Position numbers and translations under genes: made by a program. Positions 24,529-35,811 of a stretch of DNA of 64,000 bases are shown here, piece by piece; the stretch's first letter is position 1, and every line of letters starts with the position of its first letter. The notes below the pieces were generated by a model. It searched no databases and had not been told where the DNA came from. It worked only from the letters and a program-made list of their open reading frames with translations. Origin of the DNA: an uncultured Planctomycetota bacterium (GTDB lineage: Bacteria > Planctomycetota > Planctomycetia > Gemmatales > Gemmataceae); NCBI GenBank assembly GCA_963849325.1, contig CAWKHF010000012.1, positions 352,001 to 416,000 on the forward strand, given 5' to 3'.

Positions 24529-26316
24529 TCACAGGTCCGTAGCTGTCAGTTCGGGGAAGCAGGTGGGCGCACAGTTCCAGATAGTGGCGCGTCACGTCGC
24601 TCCAGCTCTGCGTCGAGCCGTCGCCGCGTTTGCCGTTGCGCCCCATCCGTTCGGCATGGGCGGGATCGCCGAGGATGCGATCCAGCGCCCAGACCATCGA
24701 GCCGGGGTTGTCGTAGGTGAGCAGGCCGTTCTCCTCGTGGCGAACCAGGTGGGCCGGGCCGCCGTGCGTGGTGACGACCGGCCGGCCGGCCTTGCGCGCC
24801 AGGTCCACCACGGCGTCATCGAAGGGCACGCGGCAGCGCGAGGGCAGGACCAGCGCCTCGGCGGCGCGGACCAGGCGCGTGACCTGCGGCCCCTCGCGGT
24901 GGCCGAGCACGCGCACGGCGTGGGCCACGCCGAGTTGGTGCGCCCGGTGCTCGAGAGTGGCCGTGCATGTTGCCGGAGCCGATGAAGGCCAGCCGCAGGT
25001 TGCCGGCACGGCGCAGCAGCGTCGGCAGGGCCTCCACCAGCAGATCGACGCCGGCGGAGTGCTCCAGCGGCCCGACGTACAGGATGAGGCGGTCGAGCGG
25101 GCCGACGCCGATTTCCCCCTTGACGTGTCCGTAATCGAGCGGGCACTCCCACTCGTTGGCGCAGGCGGCCCTCCATCGGGAAGGCGTGGACGCGCGACGC
25201 CGTCCACGCCCAGTTCGGTGATGGCGGTTCGACGCAGCCAGTCCGGCGTCAGCACGCAGCCGGCGGCGCGGGCGACCGCGCGCTCGGCCTCCTGGATGGC
25301 CCGCGACAGCGCGGTGGCCGGCCCGCCGTTGCGGCGCGTCGCCTCCAGCGAGGTCAGCGACAGGACGCGCGGCCGACGCAGCCGCGCCGCCGCCAGCGCC
25401 CGTCAGCCATTCGTGATGATGCAGCAGGTCGAACGGCGGGGCATCGCGCAGACGCTCCTCGGCGGCGCGGGCGAACGCCTGGGCCGCCTCCAGCGGCGAG
25501 CCGTCGCTCGCCAACGGGCAACGGATGATAGCGAACGCCGTCCACCTCGCGCGGCTCGTCGGTGGGGTCGGCCGCGGGGAGGAAAACGTGGACCTCATGG
25601 CCCAAGGTACGCTGGTGGATGGCCAGCTCGCGGACGAACGGAGCGGGCTTGGTCGTCGCCGTCCGCCGCGAACGTGAAGGCGGCGATGCGCAGGGCTGGA
25701 CGCAGCTTCGGCCGGCGCAGCTCGCGCAGGAAGTTCTCCTGCTCCCAGACGTTGCCGACGTGCTCGATGCGGCCGCTGTCGTCCACGTACAGGGCCGTCT
25801 GATCGCGGTTGGGCGACCCGGTGGTCCCGAGCGAACGGCACGCTGATGCGAGCGGGCGGCGGGGAGGAACTCGCCGCTGCGCAGGACGAAGCCGACCTCG
25901 GCCAGCTGCGACGTTCCCGGACGGGGCAGATGGAAGAAGCGCTGCCCGCACAGGCCCGGCAGCGGCTCGTCCTGGATGCGATGGGCGTTCAGGCCGTTAA
26001 AGTGGATACAAGAGACATCATAAATACGCAGAACCAGGCGGCAGTTGTGCCAGGCGCCGCCGCGCCGCCGCGCCGTCTCGTCCACCCATTCCGGCCGAAT
26101 GCGCCAGTGGGCGAAGCCCTGCGTGGGCGTCACGGCGGCCAGGCCGACGTGGTTTTCCGCCGGCACGTAGGCGTCGGCGGGCCGCGCCTCGGCGATCTCC
26201 CAGCCGACGCGGCGCAGCAATTCCGCATCGAGGGGGACCGGCTCCGGCAGACGATATTCGATCCGGGGACAAGCGAGTTCGGTCTTCCAGGCCAGCGCCT
26301 CCGCTTCGACCGACAT
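24529..26316 (-). CDS. DUF4912-like domain fused to a GT4-like protein with degenerate active site; indels
   Basis: N-terminal AAVTPTQGFAHWRI..LVLRIYDV..AEVG..F.PAARS; C-terminal HHHEW, LYVGPLEHSAGVD, VLPSRCRVPFDDAVV. Confidence 0.78.
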
Positions 26317-26441
26317 CGAGCAGAGCGATACTGGGAGTATCCATGAGATTCAGACATCCATTCTGCAAAATGAGGATTGATGAGCGAAGGAAGGTGGAGG
26401 GGCCATCCAGCCCTCGTTCGCTCATCCATCATCAATCCGTT

Positions 26442-27607
26442 TCAGGCGACGCTGGCGTAGACGGCTTCGGTTTGCTTCGGCGATGCGGTCCCAGCTGAAG
26501 GCGGCATCGACGGCGGCGCGGCCGTTGCCGCCCATCCAGCGGCAGCGGCCGTGGTCGGACAGCAGCGTGCCCAGACCCCAGGCGACCGAGTCGGGCGTGT
26601 CGTCCACCTGCAGGCCGTTGACGCCGTGCCAGACGAACTCGGCCGGGCCGCCGCGTTTGGTGCTGACGACCGGCTTGTGGGCCGACCAACCTTCGAGGAT
26701 GACGATGCCGAACGGCTCATTGCGGCTGGGCACCGCCACGACGTCGCAGGCCTTGAACAGGTCGTGCAGTTCGCGGCCGCGGCGATCGCCCAGCATGCGC
26801 AGGGCGTGGCCCACGCCCAGCTGGTGGGCGATGCCGCAGACGTCGTTGCGCATGTGGCCGTCGCCGGCGAAGACGAACTTGGCGTGCGGATAGTAGCGGA
26901 GGACGGACGGCATGGCGCGGACGAGGATGTCCGGCCCCTTCTGCACGACCATGCGGCCGACGAACAGGACGGTCGGGTCGAGCGGGCCGATGGCGTAGCG
27001 GCGCTTGACCTCGCCGGCATCGACGGGGTAGTCGAAGGTGCTGGGCGTTGACGCCGTTGTAGATGACTTCCGTCTTGTGGTCGGGGCACTGGTAGAGCCA
27101 GCCGACCTCGCTCTTGAGCTGGTTGGAGACGGTGATGACGCGATCGGCGCAGTAGGTGCCGTGCCGCTCGTGGTCCTGGACGCGGTGCGATTGCCCGCCG
27201 AAGAAGCGATTGCCGTTGCGGCCGTACTCCGTCGAGTGCATGGTCAGGACGCCCTTGCGGCCGCGGCCTTCCTTGATCCAGACCAGGGCGTTGGAGGCCA
27301 GCCAGTCGTGGGCGTGAACGATGTCGAAGCGGCCGACGTGGTCCTCGACCGCGAAGAACTCGTGGACGAAGGCCCGGCACATGTTGTTGATTTCATCGAC
27401 GAAATTGGCGTTGAGCACGAAGTTGCAGCGGTGATAGTGAACGCCGTGGATGCGGTCGTAGTGCGGCTGCTGAGGGCCGCGGCGGGTGAACACGTGGACT
27501 TCGTGACCGCGACGGTCGAGAGCGGCGGCCAGCTCCGTGACGTGGACGCCGACGCCGCCCACGGCGATGCTGTGCAGCGTCTCCCATGAGAACAAGGCAA
27601 TCTTCAC
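26442..27607 (-). CDS. GT4-family glycosyltransferase, candidate alpha-glucan synthase; indels
   Basis: FSWE..VGGVGVHVTELA, IVHAHDW, TMHSTEYGR, FVGRMVVQKG, PSRNEPFGIVILEGW; GGAGG RBS, GTG start. Confidence 0.9.
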
Positions 27608-27885
27608 GTTTTACCTCCAGGGTGCTCTGCTTCCGTGCAGCGAAGGCTTCCAGCCCGTTACGTTGTTTGGTCTGCGTGTGCCCGCCTTCCCCGGGCCGGG
27701 GAGGGACGGCACACCGTCCAAACGGAAAAAGGTCGAGTCCATTTCGGGACAGGCCGATGGGGGACCACATCAGCCCGAGTGTCGCTCTGGTTGACACTCG
27801 TATTACCCAGCGTCGTCGGCCGACGGGGGCGTGACGCCGGATCCCGTGCCTAATGCGAGGGCGTTTCGCCGTGCCCGCGTATGGG

Positions 27886-27901
27886 GCAATAACGATGCCA
27901 A
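27886..27901 (-). promoter_or_regulatory. Sigma-54 -24/-12 promoter for the GT4-GT4-GT4-GH57 operon
   Basis: Minus strand TTGGCAT-CGTTA-TTGC matches TGGCAC-N5-TTGC; AT-rich tract just upstream (27925-27951). Confidence 0.65.
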
Positions 27902-28331
27902 AGGTGCGCTTTGTCGCCTGCCTCCAGTAAACCTATAAATAACCAAGCTATCGATCCGGCGTCGTTCGTCAAGGGGAATAATTCGCGTTGTCCTCGCCTG
28001 CTTGTTGGGCATTTCTGCTGGAATTCCGGGCACGAAACGGCGGCCAGAAACGCTGGCTCCCCGATCCCTCGCATCTCGATGAATGAGGAGCGCGAAACAA
28101 AAGGGACACGAGTGGACACCCCGGTCGCTGGGACAGGGATTTCCGGTCCTTGCTGCGGTCCCCTGCGATCCATAGCATGAGCATGGTGGGGTTGGGCCTA
28201 CCTCCGTGTTAGCCGTCAGGCGAAGGCAACCGTGGCGAAGCAATCGGTTCGCCGCCGGAGAGTTCGCCCCCCGACGAAAAGGTGGGGCCAAAGGCCCCCG
28301 TTCCTCTGCCAACATTTTCCATTTATCAAAG

Positions 28332-29611
28332 ATGATGGTTTTGGCGTCATCTGTCAAGTGTTTACTGTCACGAAAATGGCAGTATGGTTGTCCGGTGGTT
28401 TTCGCCATCCTGCTGAGCGCCGGCCCGGCGACGGCGGACGAGACGGCGAAACCGCCGACCTTCGCCGTGCGGACGGCCGGCGGGACGCGGGTGCGCGGCG
28501 TCTGTCGGGAACTGAAAACCGACTGGTCGGTGCGCCTGGGGGAAGGCGACGGCACCCTGGTTTCCGGCGACAACCTGCTGACGATGCGACGCGCCGACGT
28601 TGCTCTGCCGCCGATGCCCGTGGACGAGCACCTCCTCCTCGCCAACGGCGACCGCATTCCCTACACCCGTCTGCGCCTGGTCGGCGAAACGATGCACCTC
28701 CACCATCCGAACCTGGCGGGAGGCAAAGAAGCGTCCCTGCCGTTGGCCGCGGTTGCGGTGCTGTGGCGCATCGCTCCCGACAAGGCTCTCGACGCGGAGA
28801 AACTGCGCCGCCGTCTCGCCGCCGGCACGAGGACGCGCAACATCGTTGGCCTGCGCAACGGCGACGTCGTCGCCGGTGTGTTGACCGGCCTGGACAAGGA
28901 CAAGGTCGAGGTGGAGGTCGGAAAAAAGCGGACGACGGTACGGATGGCGCAGGTGGCGTACATCGCTTTCAACACCGAGTTGGCCGACGCCTTGCGGCCC
29001 AAGAGCGTGTACGCCCGGCTCATCCTGGCCGGGACCGGGCCGGGCAAGGGCGGCCGACTGTCCCTGACCTCGGCCGCCTGCGCCGACGGCGCTACCCTCA
29101 CCGGCACCACCGCCTTCGGCGCGCGCCTGAGCGTCCCGCTGCGAGACGTCGTCGCCCTCGATCTGCACCAGGGACGCGCCGTCTATTTATCCGATCTCCA
29201 ATCGATTAAATACGAATACTTCCCCTTCCTCGATACCACGTGGTCGTTCACCGCGGACGGCAACGTCGCCGGGCACGACCTGCTCCTGGGCGGTTCGACC
29301 TACGACAAAGGCGTCAGCCTGCACAGCCACGGCCGGCTGACCTACCGCCTGGCCGGCGCCTATCGACGCTTCGAGGCGCTGGTGGGATTGGACGATCGGG
29401 ATGGCCGCAACGGCAGCGTGCGCGTCCGCGTGCTGGCGGACGGCGCGGCGCTCGATGTCGGCGCCGGCCGCGAGCTGACGGCCGGGAGCGGTCCTCTGCG
29501 GATCGGCGTCTCCGTCGCGGGGGTGCGCGAGCTGACGCTGGAAGTCGAGTTCGGCGCGGCGCCGACGTGCAAGACGTGGTGGACTGGGTCGATGCCCGCC
29601 TGGTCAAGTGA
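28332..29611 (+). CDS. Exported NPCBM/NEW2-domain protein; start uncertain, indel near 29560
   Basis: VYLSDL, YDKGVSLHSHGRLTYRL, FEALVGLDD, LTLEVEFG..DVQDVVDWVDARL. Confidence 0.8.
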
Positions 29612-29616
29612 GCTAT

Positions 29617-29670
29617 CCGAGCCGCGACCGTTAGCGGGGGCGTTTCCGCTCCCTCACGGTCGCGGCTCGG
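29617..29670. repeat. REP-like palindrome family B, degenerate copy
   Basis: ccgagccgcgaccgttagcg...ccgctccctcacggtcgcggctcgg. Confidence 0.75.
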
Positions 29671-29929
29671 TATCTGTCACGATGCGCGACTCCGTAGCTC
29701 GAAATCGCCCCGTCTCCTTCTTTTCCGCCGTCGTTGCCCCGATGGGGTAAACGGGGCGCTCTGCCCCGCTGGCCACTCCGGCGGTTGTGCCGAAAGTTTC
29801 AAGAAGGCGGGTTATGCCGGTCGATCCCACTAGGGATAGGAGAGCGCATCAGGCGACGGCTGCCGCGCTCGAGAGGACTGGCGCCGAGGTCCGCATCGGG
29901 GTCGCGGCGTGCTGTTGGGGGACGCGATC

Positions 29930-31211
29930 ATGCGCAGAGGCTGGATGGGCGTGGCACTGGTGGCGGCGTGCTTGTGCCTGAACGTGCCGGCCCAGGCCCA
30001 AAACGCGACCTATCCCAGTGCCGTGGGAGCGGCCCGCATGCCCGAACCGATCCCCTGCGGCCCGTCCGCCGGCGGGCCTCCCGGCCCGCCTCCACCCAAT
30101 CTCATCCCCGGTCCCATCAGCCCGCAAGCGGCGCCAATGGGGCCGCCGAACGACCTCAGTCTGCCCTACAATCACTCCAGCGCCTTCCAGTGCGAGAACT
30201 ACGTCGATGGCGGCGGCATGTTCTTCCACATCGGCCCGATGGCCCTGCAGCGCAACAAACTCGGCGCCGGCGACATCGCCGTCTTCAACGCCCAGGCCCT
30301 GGGACAGCCCATCGGTCCCGTCACGCCCAATCAGTTCATGCCGGCGCCGGCCGGCACCGACGCCGCCCTGGGTTTCAACGGTTTCACGCCGCCCATGTCG
30401 CTGGGCATCCGCGGTGAGGTCGGCTACCTGTGGGGCGACAACCAGAGCATCGAGTACAGCAGTTTTTACATCTGGGAGAACGACATCCAGGCCATGGTGC
30501 GTCGCCCGGCCAGCTGGACACGCTGTTCTACAACCCGCCGCGCGGCTTCCGGGCCGACGGTCTGTGGCGGCGAACCGATCAGGTGGACACCAACTTCGGC
30601 TCCAGCCTGTGGAACAACGAGGTGAACTATCGCCGTTGGGCCGCGGGCTTCGCCGGCCTGGAACTGATCGCCGGACTGCGCTACGTGCGCCAGAACGACA
30701 TCCTGAGCATCACCACGCAGGGCAGCGCCATCGCGCAAAACAACGTCGGCCTGCCCACGCCCGGTCTGACGTCCGCGGTCTACCAGTCGATTGCTCACAA
30801 CAACATCTTCGCTCCCCAGATCGGCGCCGAATACAATCTGCCGATCTTCCGCTGGCTGACGCTGTCCGCCATGGGCAAGGCGGCCTTGGGCGCCAACTAC
30901 ATCACCACCGACGTCAGCCTGACGCGCAGGACGGCCTGCTCGGTTTCGACTCGCACCGCTACGCCTGGAACCTCGGGGAGATTTACGAACTGGGCGGGTT
31001 TGCTTACATCAACTTCCTGGAGAAGTTGCGTCTGCGGCTGGGCTTCAACGCCATCTGGCTGGTCGGCGTGGCCGCCAGCAATGACCAGGTGGACTTCAAC
31101 CTGCACGGCACCGACACCGTCAACCCGCAGTCCGTCCCGCACGGACACAGCAGCAACAACGGCAGCATGTTGTACTTCGGCCCGCAGATCGAGATGCAAT
31201 TCTTCTTCTAG
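29930..31211 (+). CDS. BBP7-like outer-membrane beta-barrel protein; two indels
   Basis: Signal peptide, Pro-rich N-terminus, ELIAGLRY, HNNIFAPQIG, GKAALGAN, LRLRLGFNAIWLVGVA, terminal Phe. Confidence 0.75.
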
Positions 31212-31230
31212 AGGAAGTCAGCCGGGCGGA

Positions 31231-31316
31231 ATCAATCCGCGTTTAGCCGCGACGCGCAGCGGAGCGCGGGAGTGCTCTCGCGCTCCGCTGCGCGTCGCGG
31301 CTAAACGCGGATTGAT
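31231..31316. repeat. REP-like palindrome family A
   Basis: gtttagccgcgacgcgcagcggagcgc...gcgctccgctgcgcgtcgcggctaaac with extended arms; between convergent genes. Confidence 0.9.
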
Positions 31317-31327
31317 CGCGGCATGAA

Positions 31328-31627
31328 TTAGAACTTCGCGCCGACGCACCAGTTGCCGTCGGCGGCCTGCAGCGACCAGACGACCTCGGCGGACAGTTTC
31401 AGGGGCCGGCTATAGCCGATCCCTTCCAGGTCCACCTCGATCTTCTGTCCGGTCCCCAGCGGCGACTTGACGATCAAGCGGATACCGTCGGCCGACAGGT
31501 CCAGCACGGACACGGCCAAGTTGGGGCCGACAATCACCGTGTCGGGACGACAGGCAACATCGACGTTGGCTTGCGGACGTTTGCGCTGCGACCGACGACG
31601 ATCCGAGCTGGCGGTTGGTTCGTGCAT
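31328..31627 (-). CDS. Stand-alone PilZ-domain protein
   Basis: RxxxR (DRRRSQR) and DxSxxG (DLSADG) c-di-GMP motifs, AEVVW...VGAKF. Confidence 0.85.
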   Translation of the reverse strand: MHEPTASSDRRRSQRKRPQANVDVACRPDTVIVGPNLAVSVLDLSADGIRLIVKSPLGTGQKIEVDLEGIGYSRPLKLSAEVVWSLQAADGNWCVGAKF

Positions 31628-31695
31628 GGTTGCCCTCCGGCAAGAGCATAGGTCACGAATCGCCGTCGAGCAACCATGCGGTCCGGGCCGGGCCC

Positions 31696-31908
31696 TTACT
31701 TGGCGAGAGGCTGGCCGTTGGCATCCGGGAGCTTGTTCATGATGATCATGATGAGATCGACCAACGACCAGATGCCGCAGCCGCCGCCTGTGATCAGCTT
31801 GGCGATCCCCAACCCGATGTAACCCAGGTAGAAACGATCAGCGCCAAGGAAGCCCAGGAAAAGCGAAAGCAGCAGGGCCACCATCCAACTCTTCGGTTCG
31901 TCTGCCAT
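31696..31908 (-). CDS. TM2-domain membrane protein
   Basis: [48 protein letters not shown]. Confidence 0.92.
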   Translation of the reverse strand: MADEPKSWMVALLLSLFLGFLGADRFYLGYIGLGIAKLITGGGCGIWSLVDLIMIIMNKLPDANGQPLAK

Positions 31909-32224
31909 GTGGGCATCTCCTTCCAGGTGCATTAACCGTGACGTCAGTGCCCAGCCCACGGTTGGGACCGAGCGAATCGACCCAGAATATAAAGCAACCT
32001 CCTGCACTTCGCCACTATCCTTTGTCGAGAAAGTGCGAAATTCGCCAGTGTCATCCTTCTCGACAGCCGGCACGATCGCTCCAGACGGCGTGGTTTCGCA
32101 TCGTCGCCCCGTGAGAGAGAACGGTTGAGTCCTTGAGGTTCGCGGAGCGGCGGGGTAGGATGAAGAAGGACGGGGAAAAATCGATGCCGTCCGGTCGGTC
32201 CCCTCACGTCTACGGGAGCCGTGC

Positions 32225-32971
32225 ATGAAGGCCCTTATCAGCGACGTCCACAGCAACCTCGAAGCGCTGCATGCAGTGCTGGCGGACATCGCTAGCCAGT
32301 CGGTCGAGGCCATCTACTGCCTGGGCGATGTGGTCGGTTACGGACCCAACCCGCGCGAATGCCTCGATAAGATCATGGCCTGTCCCGTCGTCCTGATGGG
32401 CAACCACGATCAGGCCGTCCTCTTCGATCCGATGAACTTCAACCCGGTGGCCGAGCGCGCGACCATGTGGACGCGGTCGCAGCTGGACAAGCCGTTCCCT
32501 AATCGCGCGGCGGCGGATAGCCGCTGGGAGTTTCTGTCGGAACGGCCGTTGAAGCACCGCGACGGCGACTTCCTGCTGGTACACGGCTCGCCGCGCAATC
32601 CCCTCAACGAGTACATCTTCCCCGAGGACATCTATGCCGAGGCCAAGATGCGCTCCATCTTCTCCCAGGTGCCGCGTTACATGTTCCAGGGACACACGCA
32701 CGTTCCCGGCATCTTCACCGAATCGCTGGAGTTTCTCAGCCCCGACGAGATCAATTACGAGTACACGCTCGACGGCCGCAAGACGCTGTGCAACGTCGGC
32801 TCGGTCGGTCAGCCGCGCGACGGCGACTGGCGCGCCTGCTACGTCCTGCTCGACAAACAGACGATTCGCTTCCGCCGCGTCGAGTACGACATCGACACTA
32901 CCGTCCGCAAGATCCGCGACGTGGACGAGTTGGACGATTTCCTCGCCGAGCGCCTGCGCGGCGGCCGGTAG
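32225..32971 (+). CDS. Calcineurin-like metallophosphoesterase
   Basis: [39 protein letters not shown]. Confidence 0.92.
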   Translation: MKALISDVHSNLEALHAVLADIASQSVEAIYCLGDVVGYGPNPRECLDKIMACPVVLMGNHDQAVLFDPMNFNPVAERATMWTRSQLDKPFPNRAAADSRWEFLSERPLKHRDGDFLLVHGSPRNPLNEYIFPEDIYAEAKMRSIFSQVPRYMFQGHTHVPGIFTESLEFLSPDEINYEYTLDGRKTLCNVGSVGQPRDGDWRACYVLLDKQTIRFRRVEYDIDTTVRKIRDVDELDDFLAERLRGGR

Positions 32972-33012
32972 TGGGTTTCTTGACCTCGTGATGGCTTCGC
33001 TAAGGTGTACGC

Positions 33013-33231
33013 ATGAATGCGGAATACTTTCGGCAATTGCTGCATCGTAGCCCTTTTGAACCGTTCGCGGTCCATCTTTCCAGCGGCGAGGTCCATCCGA
33101 TCCGTCATCCCGAGTGCGCCGCACTAACGAACACACGCCTGGTTGTCGTGGACCCGCAGGAGGACCGTATCACCGTTTGCTCCCTGTTGCACATTACCAG
33201 CGTCGAGATGCTTCAGGCGGCGGCGTCCTGA
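33013..33231 (+). CDS. Small hypothetical protein (PFEPF..HLSSG..H.IRHPE type)
   Basis: 72 aa; preceded by TAAGGT plus 6 nt, no SD. Confidence 0.7.
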   Translation: MNAEYFRQLLHRSPFEPFAVHLSSGEVHPIRHPECAALTNTRLVVVDPQEDRITVCSLLHITSVEMLQAAAS

Positions 33232-33482
33232 CTGAGACGGACACCCCGGAATCTGGACAAAAAGCTCCATTTTTCGTCTTGCCAGGACCATCGCGGTTCG
33301 TCAAGATAGCAGAAAGGGAAGGGCGAAGCCCTTCTCGGACGTTCTCTCCCCTACCTGCCCGCCCGCCGGTTCGCCGACCCGGAAACGCTGCCTTGACGCT
33401 TTCCCGCCCCCATGCAACGATGAACGCAGTACACGCCGTCCTCGCTGGTTCGAGATCGCGCCTCGACACAAGAGTTCCTTCC

Positions 33483-34526
33483 ATGGCACGGAATCGCTTC
33501 CGCCGCAACTACTGGCTCCCGTGCGCCGCCCTGCTCATCCTGGCTGGCTGTCAGGAGCAGGAACAGATCCGCTCGTACACGGCGCCGAAAGTATCCATCG
33601 GCGGCTCCGCGGCGGAGGCGGTTCGCCTGTTGGCCGTCATGGTGCCGCGCGAGAAAAACGTCTGGTTCTTCAAGCTCATGGGACCGGAGCAGGCCGTCGG
33701 CGAGCAGGTGAAGACATTCGATCGCTTCCTAGCTTCCGTTCGTTTCACGGACCAGGAGCGCGAGCCGGTCCAGTGGACGGTGCCGGACGGTTGGCGACAA
33801 GTGCCCGGCGCCGGCGAGCGTTACGCCACACTGCGGCGACAGGGCGAGGGTCCGACGCTGGAGATCACCGTCACGCAGTTGCCGCCCGCCGCGAAGGACG
33901 CGCGGACCAACATCGATCGCTGGCGCGGACAGGTCGGACTCGGCCCGATTGGCGGCGATGAGTTGAACAAGCTCATCGACAACGTCAAGGTGGACGGCAT
34001 CGCGGGAACGCGCGTCGATTTCGTCGGTCACACTGGTCCCCGGCGCGGCCAGGCGCCGCTGGCTCGCGGCGGCCGGTCGTTCCGCTTCGCCAAGCCGGAC
34101 GACTGGGAGGAACGACCGCCGGATGAACGCCGCGGCATCGTCCGCGAGGCCGTCTTCCGCATCCGCGACGGCGAGCACTCCGCCGAGGTGTCCGTGGTTC
34201 CCCTCGCTGGTAACGGCGGCGGCCCGTTGGCCAACGTCAACCGCTGGCGCATGCAGGTCGGACTCGACCGCATCGAGAAGGACCAGCTGGCCAAGGATCT
34301 CCGCCAGCTGGAAGGAGTGGCCGGGACGGCGCCGTACATCGATCTGCTCGGCCGTGGTCCAACGGGTCCGCAGCGCGTCCTCGGCGCCTGGCTCGAACAC
34401 GCGGGACGCACCTGGTTCGTCACGATGAAGGGACCGCCCGAACTGGTCGGCAAACAGCAAGCCGCCTTTGAAGCGTTCGTCAAGTCGATCCGCTTCACCG
34501 ACGGCCAAGGAGCTGCCCATGAATAA
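33483..34526 (+). CDS. Lipoprotein with tandem-duplicated domain, first gene of the cytochrome c maturation operon
   Basis: Lipobox LAGC; repeats NIDRWRGQVGL / NVNRWRMQVGL and WFFKLMGP / WFVTMKGP. Confidence 0.8.
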   Translation: MARNRFRRNYWLPCAALLILAGCQEQEQIRSYTAPKVSIGGSAAEAVRLLAVMVPREKNVWFFKLMGPEQAVGEQVKTFDRFLASVRFTDQEREPVQWTVPDGWRQVPGAGERYATLRRQGEGPTLEITVTQLPPAAKDARTNIDRWRGQVGLGPIGGDELNKLIDNVKVDGIAGTRVDFVGHTGPRRGQAPLARGGRSFRFAKPDDWEERPPDERRGIVREAVFRIRDGEHSAEVSVVPLAGNGGGPLANVNRWRMQVGLDRIEKDQLAKDLRQLEGVAGTAPYIDLLGRGPTGPQRVLGAWLEHAGRTWFVTMKGPPELVGKQQAAFEAFVKSIRFTDGQGAAHE

Positions 34527-35811
34527 AACGTCCATACAAATCCGGGCCACGCCGCCCGCCGCCGGCCCGACCCTCGCGCCGGCGCGGTCCGTCGATCGTC
34601 TGGCACCCCTCAAGAAGGCGCTCAAACCGCTGGCCTCGCTGCGGCTGACCGTCGTTCTGTTCGCGCTGTCGATGTTCCTCGTCTTCTGCGGCACGCTGGC
34701 GCAGATGGACAACGGCTTGTGGGCCATCCTCAGCGGTTACTTTCGGGCGTTTCTCGCCTGGATCCCGTTCCAGGCGTTCGTGCGCTTCGGCCAGGTCTTT
34801 TTTGGTTTCCCCAAAACGTGGTACGTACCGGGCAGTTTCCCCTATCCCGGCGGCTACATCCTCGGCGGAGCGCTGCTGCTCAACCTGATTGCCGCCCACC
34901 TCGTTCGCTTCCGCCTCTCCTGGAAGCGCTCCGGCATCCTGCTGACCCACAGCGGGATCATCCTGCTGCTCCTCGGCGAACTGGTCACGGGACTATTCGC
35001 CGTCGAGGGCACCATGACCATCGAGACCGGCGACGCCTGCAACTTCGTCGAGCACGGCGACAAGGTCGAGTTGGCCGTCATCGATTCCAGCGATCCCTGG
35101 GGCGACCATGTCGTGGTCGTGCCCGGTTCGTTCCTCCAAAAGGGCGGGCTGATCCAGAATGAACAGTTGCCGTTCGACGTCGAAGTGGTCCGCTGGATGG
35201 TCAACTCGTCGGAGCCGCGCGACCTCAAGCCGGGCGAGGAGACGCCGGCGACGCGGGGCGCCGGCCTGGAGTCGATCGTCACGCCGGAGAAGCCGGGCGC
35301 CGGCACCGACTCGGAACAGCGCCGCGACGCCGCCGCCGCCTACGTCGCCTTCAAGAACAAGGACAATGGCGAATCACTGGGGACGTATCTCGTCTCGGTG
35401 TGGTGGCCGACGCTGGAGCAGCCGGTCAAGCTCGACGGCAAGGAATACAAGGTCGCTCTTCGCTTCCAGCGCGAGTACAAGCCGTACACGCTCGCCCTGG
35501 AGGAGTTCCACCACGACCTCTACCCCGGCACCAACACGCCGAAGAACTTCTCCAGCAAGGTCCACCTGATCGACCCCGAGCAGAAGGAGGACCGCGAGGT
35601 GTTGATCTACATGAACAACCCGCTGCGCTACGCCGGATCGACGTTCTACCAGTCGAGCTACCTGCGCGGCGACAAGGGCACCGTTTTGCAAGTCGTCACC
35701 AACCCCGGTTGGCTGATGCCTTACATCTCCTGCACGCTGGTATGCCTGGGCATGGTCATTCATTTCGGCATTCACCTGCTGAGCTTCTTGCAGCGGAGGG
35801 CGGCGGTATGA
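34519..35811 (+). CDS. resB: ResB/Ccs1-like cytochrome c biogenesis protein
   Basis: LASLRLTVVL..GTLAQ, LTHSGIILL, IYMNNPLRYAGSTFYQSS, NPGWLMPY. Confidence 0.85.
   Translation: MNKTSIQIRATPPAAGPTLAPARSVDRLAPLKKALKPLASLRLTVVLFALSMFLVFCGTLAQMDNGLWAILSGYFRAFLAWIPFQAFVRFGQVFFGFPKTWYVPGSFPYPGGYILGGALLLNLIAAHLVRFRLSWKRSGILLTHSGIILLLLGELVTGLFAVEGTMTIETGDACNFVEHGDKVELAVIDSSDPWGDHVVVVPGSFLQKGGLIQNEQLPFDVEVVRWMVNSSEPRDLKPGEETPATRGAGLESIVTPEKPGAGTDSEQRRDAAAAYVAFKNKDNGESLGTYLVSVWWPTLEQPVKLDGKEYKVALRFQREYKPYTLALEEFHHDLYPGTNTPKNFSSKVHLIDPEQKEDREVLIYMNNPLRYAGSTFYQSSYLRGDKGTVLQVVTNPGWLMPYISCTLVCLGMVIHFGIHLLSFLQRRAAV

Noticed and set aside
33279-33365. Possible sRNA (promoter-like TTGCCA-17-CAAGAT and hairpin gaagggcgaagcccttc)
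   Set aside because: A single short hairpin with no terminator or recognisable family; could simply be leader sequence
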